A DNA stretch of 55,219 nucleotides from the IMG/VR virus record IMGVR_UViG_3300027607_000117, positions 1 through 55,219 of that record. The stretch is one strand, 5' to 3'. This DNA is from a virus (taxonomy: Duplodnaviria > Caudoviricetes). The notes under the pieces were generated by a model. The model was not told the DNA's origin and made no database searches. It saw nothing but the letters and a program-made list of their open reading frames with translations. Each line of letters begins with the position of its first letter. The first letter of the stretch is position 1. Of this stretch, positions 8,023-15,223 are shown in pieces. A program made the translations under genes and the position numbers.

Positions 8023-8556
8023 ATGGAATCTGTGCAGAATGCGGGCGTCATGCCCCGCCAAACCAACCCCATTCCCGAAGACGAACTGACCAACAATGTT
8101 CAGCCCTATCGTCTCGGCTTGAACTACGAGGGGCGGCCATGGAGTCTGAAGAAACTCTCGCGGCTATCGGGGATCGACGATTCGCACCTTAGCCGGATCG
8201 AGCAGGGAAAGCGGGAGTTGACCGCAGAGGCGCGCATGAAGCTGGCCCACGCCTTTCGCTGCCATCCGCTGGACCTCTTGTTAGAAGAGGATCGCCAGCG
8301 AGAAGAGCGCCTTTACGGCAATACAGTCAGCACGCAGCGACTTGAGACGATCATCGAACTGCTACGCGGCATGGAGAAAGATGGGAGCTTCGAACTGCCG
8401 TCCAAATTGTTCGCGCAGGCCGTGGCCTTTTGTTACGAGTTTATTAGCCGCGAAGACGTTCACGAAGATCTGGACTCCTACCAGCAGGCAATGCAGGTCT
8501 ATCTGCAGAACAATATTGATTTCCGTCAACTGAAAAAAAAGAAGGTGACCGTCTAA
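8023..8556 (+). CDS. CI-like XRE repressor without an S24 autopeptidase domain (start may be 8050)
   Basis: WSLKKLSRLSGIDDSHLSRIEQGKREL HTH; helical C-terminus with no Ser/Lys peptidase motif. Confidence 0.85.
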   Translation: MESVQNAGVMPRQTNPIPEDELTNNVQPYRLGLNYEGRPWSLKKLSRLSGIDDSHLSRIEQGKRELTAEARMKLAHAFRCHPLDLLLEEDRQREERLYGNTVSTQRLETIIELLRGMEKDGSFELPSKLFAQAVAFCYEFISREDVHEDLDSYQQAMQVYLQNNIDFRQLKKKKVTV

Positions 8557-8603
8557 TTTGTTGTCCCTATCATATCGCCCGAGGGTAGAAGGTGGTGGCA
8601 GGG

Positions 8604-8792
8604 ATGAACGAGACACAAAAACGCGCCTTTACTGTCTCAATGAAGAATCTCCTTAGAGAGCATGGGTATTTTGGGCGCCCGCGAGGAGACGACAATTACC
8701 GCTTGCCGTACCAACTAGAGGCAGCATTTCCCGAATTAGCGCGATTCCTGGAACAGCAGAACAAACAATCAGCACAGTCGCTTGGCAGTTGA
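8604..8792 (+). CDS. Small hypothetical protein downstream of the repressor
   Basis: 62-aa ORF, co-oriented with the repressor. Confidence 0.5.
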   Translation: MNETQKRAFTVSMKNLLREHGYFGRPRGDDNYRLPYQLEAAFPELARFLEQQNKQSAQSLGS

Positions 8793-8833
8793 TTTCTGCC
8801 GTATTGGCCGAATTTTATTGACCCTCGCGAGCA

Positions 8834-9445
8834 TTGTCTTTTTCATATGCTCCCATGCTGCGAGAGCAAAGTATGGCGCGCGGGCAGTTTGCTAAGGCGG
8901 TAGAACGATCCCTGAAACAAACGAAACGTCAAGCACGCTGGGAAGACCACAAAGACAGATGCAACGTCCTTACGCTAGAGGAGGACTTTGCCCTGGAACA
9001 CGAAACCGGCGGCATCGCCAACCTCCTTCGCATTTGGCGTGAGATCGAAAAACCGAGCGAACGCTACCGCGATCTTCTGGATCCCATTCGCCTTTATCAA
9101 ACCGGGCTTTCAGGCTGGATCCATATTCTCGACGTCTCGTCCATCAACCCGGCCGGCTTTATGTTTGTGACCTATGCGCCCAAGGTCGACACGCTGGACG
9201 GCGAGAAGTCCTTCCTCTTTAAACCGCTTGGCAGTTACAAGGCGGTCGCGTGGAAAGACTCTCTCATCAGCGAGTACAATCTCATCAAGTGCGAGGGGCT
9301 GCCGCGCTATCAACTAGTCTGGGGTCGACGTGATGGGACTCGGCGAGGTTACGCCCGCCTGTCCCTGCCGCTCGGCGAAAAGTTTGGCCAGGTCGACAAG
9401 GTTCTTGTTGCCGTGCGCGTCCAGGATTTCAGTTTCTTCACTTAG
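8834..9445 (+). CDS. Stand-alone PAS-like domain protein (PAS_5 type); start uncertain
   Basis: LLRIWR...LDP..L....L.GWIHILDV....F.F...YARLSLPL...G.VDKVLV pattern of alphaproteobacterial PAS_5 proteins. Confidence 0.7.
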   Translation: MSFSYAPMLREQSMARGQFAKAVERSLKQTKRQARWEDHKDRCNVLTLEEDFALEHETGGIANLLRIWREIEKPSERYRDLLDPIRLYQTGLSGWIHILDVSSINPAGFMFVTYAPKVDTLDGEKSFLFKPLGSYKAVAWKDSLISEYNLIKCEGLPRYQLVWGRRDGTRRGYARLSLPLGEKFGQVDKVLVAVRVQDFSFFT

Positions 9446-10108
9446 CTGCTGAAGCATTTCCTCCTGCGAAATATAGGTGAGCCAGAGTTTGCCCTCTTGC
9501 TGCATATGCGGGAGATATCCGTCGATTAGCGGTACGCAATGCGGATAGCCATACTTGCGAGTTGGAACGCCGCGCGCGACAAGATGATCCAACACCGATC
9601 CGCAATGCCAATCGACGGCCCACTGACGGATCGACAGCGCGCGGCAGATCCGCGGCAGGAAGACCGACAGGCCGTTGCGGCGAAACTCCGGCTCGATCCA
9701 AAGCCCGCCGTGATGCCCAATCATCCCGGAGAGTAGCGGCAGAGACGGCGCAATCAGCCGCACCGCCTCCCGCTTGAATTCGAAATCCTTGTCGGACCAT
9801 AAGCGTTGCGATCTGACGAGCTGCAGGTAATCATCGGTGCTGAACATCCTGCAGGCGATGCAGCCAACTCGCTGCAGCGCCGTATCCTCGACTTCAATCC
9901 AGTAGCAGTGTGCCTTTGTGAATGTGGAATGGTCCGGGTCGAAGGTGGTTGAGGCAATCATGGCGGTCTTTGGGTGGTCTCGCATGACTTCGCGGACATA
10001 GTGCCTCCAGCTATAGAGATTGTGGTCCAGACGCAGCGAGAATCCATTTCTGGCCAACGCATCGACCGCACGATCAAGGAACGCCTGCGCTAAAGCAGCG
10101 TGGTTCAT
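9314..10108 (-). CDS. GNAT-fold acyltransferase, LuxI/FeeM-like
   Basis: YWIEV.D....VGCIACR (beta2-3) and GGLWIEPEFRRNGLS (motif A, acyl-donor binding); SD GGAGG; 3' end overlaps the PAS gene. Confidence 0.65.
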   Translation of the reverse strand: MNHAALAQAFLDRAVDALARNGFSLRLDHNLYSWRHYVREVMRDHPKTAMIASTTFDPDHSTFTKAHCYWIEVEDTALQRVGCIACRMFSTDDYLQLVRSQRLWSDKDFEFKREAVRLIAPSLPLLSGMIGHHGGLWIEPEFRRNGLSVFLPRICRALSIRQWAVDWHCGSVLDHLVARGVPTRKYGYPHCVPLIDGYLPHMQQEGKLWLTYISQEEMLQQLSEETEILDAHGNKNLVDLAKLFAERQGQAGVTSPSPITSTPD

Positions 10109-10216
10109 CTTTACCTCCATTTCAGGGAATCAGTGAGCTCTGGTGAGCTGGGCAGGGATCGGAAAAGACCCGGATTGCTGAGGTTTTTCCCGGTAGGTGA
10201 ATTAGGGTTTGCTAGA

Positions 10217-10271
10217 TACGGCCATATGGCCGCATTTTTTTCTTGCGGTTCCGGCCAAATGGCCGTATTGT
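10217..10271 (+). promoter_or_regulatory. PL promoter and OL operators
   Basis: TACGGCCATATGGCCGCA (10217-10234) and CCGGCCAAATGGCCGTA (10251-10267) match the OR palindrome; TTGCGG(10243)-N17-TATTGT(10266). Confidence 0.8.
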
Positions 10272-10447
10272 TACTACCAAGGCTGGCACTCAGCCCCGAG
10301 GACCGCGGCCCCTCGCCAGAACGTTCGCAGGGTCAAGGAGCGGCACCCGAGACAAAGCCGGATCCAACTTATCGGTCTTACGAGTTACCCCCGCCCGGCA
10401 GCACAGCATGGGGCCGGGCGGGACCGACCGGAGGAACATTCAATCTC

Positions 10448-11200
10448 ATGGGTAACAAGCTTCACGAACTGCTCGCCGTCGAAGGCGATCTGGAAGGCAA
10501 GGCGAAACTCGTCCTGGACGAGGCGGCCAACACCTTCAGCAAAAAGCCCGAGCACTTCATCGAACAAGTCCGCGATCTGATCATGTTCGACGAAGCGCGG
10601 CAGAACGAGAACACGCACGAAAGCTCGGCGATGGTCACGACCGTCGGCCAGAAGCTCTCGTACATCCGCCGCCCGGTCGTCCGTTACTACGATGCTTTGG
10701 CGTCGAAGGATGCGACCAACCAACAGGCCAAGGCCGACCTGGTCGTGGAAGACGTCACGTTGCTGTCCGATGTCGCGGCCACGACGCTTCTGGCCCTGGA
10801 AAGCAAGCTGAAGCACCTGCGCGGCGTCTTCGAGGCGATCCCGACGCTGCAGCCCGGCATGAAGTGGGAGCCGGACGCGGCTTTTGGCGACGGCGTTTAT
10901 CGCGCGGCCGAGGACATCAAGCGCAACCGCACGGAAAAGGTGATCCAGCACAAGGTGCTCTATGAAGCGACCAAGGAGCACCCGGCGCAGATCGAGAAGT
11001 GGACGCAAGACACGCCGGTCGGCGACATCATCACTAAGTCCTGGTCGGGCATGTGGACGCCCGCGCAGAAGGCCGAAGCTATCGGCCGTATCGACCAGCT
11101 CATTCAGGGCGCGAAGAAAGCGCGTCAGCGCGCCAACAGACAAGATGTGGTCGAGACGAAGGTCGGCGACATCCTCTTCGACTTCATCATGAGTTCCTAA
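10448..11200 (+). CDS. Conserved alpha-helical phage protein of unknown function; first gene of the early operon
   Basis: KLHELLAVE...LLALE..L..L......IPTL...HPAQI....D..VG.....WSG......K.....RID.L....KKARQRAN; SD GGAGG. I recognise it as a widespread uncharacterised family. Confidence 0.85.
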   Translation: MGNKLHELLAVEGDLEGKAKLVLDEAANTFSKKPEHFIEQVRDLIMFDEARQNENTHESSAMVTTVGQKLSYIRRPVVRYYDALASKDATNQQAKADLVVEDVTLLSDVAATTLLALESKLKHLRGVFEAIPTLQPGMKWEPDAAFGDGVYRAAEDIKRNRTEKVIQHKVLYEATKEHPAQIEKWTQDTPVGDIITKSWSGMWTPAQKAEAIGRIDQLIQGAKKARQRANRQDVVETKVGDILFDFIMSS

Positions 11201-11438
11201 GGACCAAGCTTATCGTGGTCCTCAACCTCAGGCGGGTCTGAGAAGCCCGCGTCAGCCTCAAAATGATGCCCTTAATTTCAGAGATACGAATGATGCCAGT
11301 AAGAGCCGCAATTAATATCGGACAGTGGGGGTTCGATTCCCCTCCGCCCAGCCAATCCTCTGATGGGCGGTTGCATAATGGCAGTGCGGTCCGACTTGAT
11401 CTTGATCCCTTGCGGTCTCCGAAAGCGGGTTTCGTCTC
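11201..11438 (+). ncRNA. Structured ncRNA with a circularly permuted tRNA-like domain (YrlA-like topology)
   Basis: T arm (11327-11343) and CCGCCCA-G-CCA precede TGGGCGG (11364-11370) and a D arm (11373-11387); closing helices 11318-23/11389-94, 11303-11/11410-19 and 11281-90/11431-38. Confidence 0.8.
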
Positions 11439-11439
11439 A

Positions 11440-11512
11440 TCGCATGTAGCTCAGCGGGTAGAGCTCGCGACTTGTAATCGCGTATGCGCCGGTTCGAGTC
11501 CGGTCATGCAAA
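11440..11512 (+). tRNA. tRNA-Thr(TGT)-like with atypical acceptor stem
   Basis: GCTC-AGCGGGTA-GAGC D arm, CGCGA CTTGTAA TCGCG anticodon arm, GCCGG TTCGAGT CCGGT T arm; C2:A71 mismatch; followed by TCA, not CCA. Confidence 0.8.
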
Positions 11513-11576
11513 TCAGGAGGGGCACCCAGGCGAGTGGTGTCCCTCCACTTAATCGATTCTCTTTTGAGGCGGCATC

Positions 11577-11798
11577 ATGACCGCCCCCGTCGTCGTCTCC
11601 GTAACCCGCCCCGAAAAGCGCATCTTTAGCGAGACGGACGTGGCGACCCTGCAGCGGGAATTGAACGACGCGCTGCACCGAATTCGCGACCTTCTCGACG
11701 ACCGCGACCCCCGCGCGACGTGGCTGGAGAAGGTCACGACGAACACCCGCGCACAGCACTTGATGGACGAATACGGGATTACGTCGAGGTGGGTGTGA
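11577..11798 (+). CDS. Hypothetical protein
   Basis: SD GAGG; start of a run of coupled small ORFs. Confidence 0.65.
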   Translation: MTAPVVVSVTRPEKRIFSETDVATLQRELNDALHRIRDLLDDRDPRATWLEKVTTNTRAQHLMDEYGITSRWV

Positions 11799-12106
11799 TG
11801 ACCGACCGTCGCATTCCCTGCGAGCGCAAGTCCTGCAAGCGCACCGCACCGGCGGACAAGCTGCCAGAATTCACCGCCATCATTTGTGCGAAGTGCTGGA
11901 AGCTTGTGCCGCAGCGTTTGCGGTCCCGGCAACGGCGCTTGCGACGGTTGGCTAGATCGAAGCGCGGACGACGCGACGATATCTACCGGCGGCGTTGCTA
12001 CGAGGCCGATAACCGCAATTGGGAAACGATGGTGAGGTATCTCAACAACCCGCCGAAGCCGGAAGGGCTGGAGAGTTTCCTCGAAGAGACGGGGATCGGA
12101 ACATGA
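11798..12106 (+). CDS. Hypothetical Cys/Arg-rich zinc-finger protein
   Basis: C....C.RT...IC.KCWKLVP; TGATG coupling. Confidence 0.7.
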   Translation: MTDRRIPCERKSCKRTAPADKLPEFTAIICAKCWKLVPQRLRSRQRRLRRLARSKRGRRDDIYRRRCYEADNRNWETMVRYLNNPPKPEGLESFLEETGIGT

Positions 12107-12207
12107 CCGACCCCGGCAAAGACCGCCTCTACGCAATCGCGATCTGGATCCTCTGCATCGTGATGGGCGGCGCCTTCCTGGCACTGCATGAAATGGGAGT
12201 CTGGTGA
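12103..12207 (+). CDS. Small membrane peptide
   Basis: 34 aa with one hydrophobic helix; coupled both sides. Confidence 0.5.
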   Translation: MTDPGKDRLYAIAIWILCIVMGGAFLALHEMGVW

Positions 12208-12404
12208 TGGGTGAAGCCGATCAAGCCCTGAATTTTCTCGCAAGCGCGGGACCATTGGCGAACACGACAGTAACAGGCGCGGTGGCTGATGATGTGATGA
12301 TGAAGACCGGCGGTACTCTCATGGCCCGCGGCTGTCTGTACCTAATCAAGTCACAAAAACTCAGTCCGAGCGTCTATCGGCTCACCTTGGAAAGGGCAAA
12401 TTGA
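12204..12404 (+). CDS. Hypothetical protein
   Basis: Coupled ORF. Confidence 0.6.
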   Translation: MMGEADQALNFLASAGPLANTTVTGAVADDVMMKTGGTLMARGCLYLIKSQKLSPSVYRLTLERAN

Positions 12405-12622
12405 TGACGTCGAAACTGCATATCGTTTTTGATGGCCCCCCAGGTCCGAAATCGGGCCGCTTCGTTGAAGTGGAAACGCCCTTTGGCAAGAGCGTGAAGG
12501 TAGGAGAGTGGTGTCGGCGAGGCAGATTTTGGCATTTGGTTTTGACGCCCGATGACTTCCCAACGGAGGAAGAAGTCTCACTAGAGGCTTTCGACAATGG
12601 GCAGTTTGGGGTGGGCGCCTGA
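12401..12622 (+). CDS. Hypothetical phage protein
   Basis: IVFDGPPGPKSGRFVEVE...G.S..VGEW motif, recurrent in phages. Confidence 0.7.
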   Translation: MMTSKLHIVFDGPPGPKSGRFVEVETPFGKSVKVGEWCRRGRFWHLVLTPDDFPTEEEVSLEAFDNGQFGVGA

Positions 12623-12623
12623 T

Positions 12624-12788
12624 ATGACTCCGCTCTCTCACGAAACAAGGGCCAGGATCGCCGCCGCCCACGCGGAGACGCGGCGCGGGCAGAAGCTGCA
12701 ACCGGCTTACGGAACGAACTACGAGTTCGGCGTGCTGTTGCTTGCCTTCCTCGCAGGCGGACTCGCGTTTCTGGGCATGGTGCTGTGA
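12624..12788 (+). CDS. Small protein with C-terminal transmembrane helix
   Basis: FGVLLLAFLAGGLAFLGMVL. Confidence 0.55.
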   Translation: MTPLSHETRARIAAAHAETRRGQKLQPAYGTNYEFGVLLLAFLAGGLAFLGMVL

Positions 12789-13015
12789 TGACGGAAGAAG
12801 AAGCGAAAACCAAGTGGTGTCCGATGGTGCGGTTTACTGGCGCAGGCACGGCAACCGACCAGGAGTGGGCCACCAATCGCGGCGGCGACTATGGAGCACA
12901 AGCATTCAAATGCATCGGCTCTGAATGCATGGCTTGGCGCGGGTACTACGTGATGAAAGATACAGAAAAAGTCCACCACGGCTACTGCGGCCTTGCTGGA
13001 GGCTCCGGTTCATGA
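12785..13015 (+). CDS. Hypothetical Cys-rich phage protein
   Basis: TEEEAKTKWCP...CIGS.CMAWR...GYCGLAG. Confidence 0.75.
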   Translation: MMTEEEAKTKWCPMVRFTGAGTATDQEWATNRGGDYGAQAFKCIGSECMAWRGYYVMKDTEKVHHGYCGLAGGSGS

Positions 13016-13266
13016 CCGCCCCCTGGCCCGCCCTGACGACGGAACGCTTCATTCGCGCCGGTCTGCACAACCGGACCACGAACCTGCAGGCGCTCGCGGA
13101 AGAGGTCTGGCAGGCGATCCACAAGCTGCGCAACCAAGCCTATTTCAGCACGCCGGCACTCCAGGCCAGCCGCAACACGCTGCGGCGCTGCGCCGAGGTC
13201 GAAAGCTATCCAAGCCTGCGCCGGGTGGCGCGGGGATATCTCAGGAGGACGAGACATGCCACATGA
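13012..13266 (+). CDS. Hypothetical protein
   Basis: ATGA-coupled ORF. Confidence 0.55.
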   Translation: MTAPWPALTTERFIRAGLHNRTTNLQALAEEVWQAIHKLRNQAYFSTPALQASRNTLRRCAEVESYPSLRRVARGYLRRTRHAT

Positions 13267-13627
13267 AATCGACGTGACAGCCGGACGCTTGTTGCGGGAA
13301 CAACGCCTGGCAAGGGGCATGAGCCAAGTGACTTTGGCCGAAGCCTGCGGCGTTTCCTTTCAACAGATTCAAAAGTACGAGAACGGGACCAATCGCATTT
13401 CGGTGTCGCGCCTGGTCCAGATCTGCAAGGTGCTTAGCTGCCGCCCGAGCGACATCCTCTCTCGGATCGAAGACGCCCAACCAGCCGGAGAGGTCACCAG
13501 TTCGCGTCTGGAACTGGAGGTTATCCGTGCCTGCCGGCAACTCCCTGAGGAAGCGGTTCGGTATCAAGTGTTGTCGATCGCAAAGGCGCTCCAGCCGCGC
13601 TATCCGATCCAGCAGGCCGCGGAGTAG
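13256..13627 (+). CDS. XRE-family HTH transcriptional regulator
   Basis: GMSQVTLAEACGVSFQQIQKYENGTNRIS.SRL. Confidence 0.9.
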   Translation: MPHEIDVTAGRLLREQRLARGMSQVTLAEACGVSFQQIQKYENGTNRISVSRLVQICKVLSCRPSDILSRIEDAQPAGEVTSSRLELEVIRACRQLPEEAVRYQVLSIAKALQPRYPIQQAAE

Positions 13628-13630
13628 GGC

Positions 13631-15223
13631 ATGACGCCTCCAATCCCCGCCTCCGTACTAGATCAGCATTCCGTCGTCGTCGGTAAGACGGGTTCCGGAA
13701 AGACCTTCACGATTAAAGGTCTGGTCGAACGCCTGCTTGCCGAGCAAAGGCGCGTCTGCGTGATCGATCCTACGGGCGTGTGGTGGGGATTGCGGCTCAA
13801 GGCGGACGGCGAGACGCCTGGGTTCCAGGTGATCGTCTTCGGCGGCGATTTCGCGGATGTGCCCATCGACGACAAAGCTGGCGCGCTCCTGGCCGAGCTT
13901 TTGGTCGAGCGCAACCTGCCTTGCGTGATCGATCTTTCGACCTTCACCAACGCGGGTCGCACCCGCTTCATGCGGGACTTTGCCGGCGCGCTCTACCGGA
14001 AAAGCCGCCGGGCCTTCCATCTGATCCTCGACGAGGCCGACGAGTTCGCGCCCCAGCAAGCCTTGCCGGATCAAAAGGCGATGCTGGGGGAGATCGACCG
14101 CATCGTCCGGCGCGGCCGGGCGCGCGGCTTCCGTGTCACGCTCATCACCCAGCGGCCCGCCGTGCTCCATAAGAACGTGATGGCGCAGTGCAACACGCTG
14201 ATCGCCATGCGCCTGACTTCGCCGCAGGACAGGCGCGCAGTCGAGGATTGGGTAAAGGGACACGGCGACGAGAAGAAGGGTCGCGAACTGCTCAGGACGC
14301 TGGCCGGGCTGCAAGTCGGCACCGGCTGGCTCTGGGCGCCCGATGAGGACATTCTGGAGCGGGTCAAGTTCCCGCCAATCGAAACCTACGACTCCTCCCG
14401 CACGCCCGAAGAGGGTGACGACGTGCCCGTTCCCGCCAATCTGGGCGAGGTCGATCTGGGCGATCTGCAGGCGCGCCTCACACAGCCGGAGGATGACAAG
14501 AAGGCGAGTAAGCGACAGAAGCCCGATACCGCTGCGCTGGACCGCATATGGGAAGAAGGGCATGACGCCGGTTATCAGCAGGGCGTCGACTCGGTCTCGG
14601 CACAGATCGAAGAGATCGAGCGTCTTGCCGTGCGGATCATCGAGCTTGTGAAGGCGTGCGACCTTTCGAGCAACGACGCACCCGAGCCTAAGCCGCCGGG
14701 CGCCGCGCCTGTCGTTCGCAAACCGCGCAGTCCGCGTCCCGTCCTAGCGAATGGCGAATTGATTCCTGCGGGGCGCAAGCTTCTGACCGTTCTGGCTCAG
14801 CACCACCCGATAAAGCTGTCCTGGCAGCAGACGGCGACCCTGGCCGGGCTCAAAGCGCGCGGCGGCACCTTCAATCATGCGCGCAAACTGCTTCGCGAGA
14901 ACGGTTATGTCGAGGAGGGTCGCGACGTCGTGAATGCGAGCAACGCGGGCCTCGCGTTCTGTGGCGACGTCGAGACGACGGACAGACCGACGGTAGAAGT
15001 TTGGATCGAGAGGCTACCGGCGCCGGCTAAGGAAATGCTGTCGTTCCTGCATGGGCGCAAGAGTTCCTGGACAGGCCGCGAGGCCATGGCCCAGGCCCTC
15101 GGCAAGACACCGCGCGGCGGCCACTGGAACAACGGAATCTCCACCCTGCGCCGCAACGGACTTATCGAAGAGCGCGGCGACGATCTGCGCTGCGCGGACA
15201 TCATCTATGGAGTGAGCCAATGA
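13631..15223 (+). CDS. HerA/FtsK-like ATPase with C-terminal winged-helix-like repeats
   Basis: GKTGSGKT Walker A, VIDPTG, LILDEAD Walker B, RRGR..G, ITQRP. Confidence 0.85.
   Translation: MTPPIPASVLDQHSVVVGKTGSGKTFTIKGLVERLLAEQRRVCVIDPTGVWWGLRLKADGETPGFQVIVFGGDFADVPIDDKAGALLAELLVERNLPCVIDLSTFTNAGRTRFMRDFAGALYRKSRRAFHLILDEADEFAPQQALPDQKAMLGEIDRIVRRGRARGFRVTLITQRPAVLHKNVMAQCNTLIAMRLTSPQDRRAVEDWVKGHGDEKKGRELLRTLAGLQVGTGWLWAPDEDILERVKFPPIETYDSSRTPEEGDDVPVPANLGEVDLGDLQARLTQPEDDKKASKRQKPDTAALDRIWEEGHDAGYQQGVDSVSAQIEEIERLAVRIIELVKACDLSSNDAPEPKPPGAAPVVRKPRSPRPVLANGELIPAGRKLLTVLAQHHPIKLSWQQTATLAGLKARGGTFNHARKLLRENGYVEEGRDVVNASNAGLAFCGDVETTDRPTVEVWIERLPAPAKEMLSFLHGRKSSWTGREAMAQALGKTPRGGHWNNGISTLRRNGLIEERGDDLRCADIIYGVSQ

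Noticed and set aside
8796-8812. Extra operator upstream of the PAS gene
   Set aside because: Only one good half-site (TGGCCG) and different spacing; too weak to call.
10100-10447. 116-aa N-terminal extension of the first early gene
   Set aside because: It spans the operators and promoter; the SD supports the ATG at 10448.
11281-11438. Two-piece permuted alphaproteobacterial tmRNA
   Set aside because: No G3:U70 alanine determinant, a true D stem is present, and there is no room for a tag reading frame.
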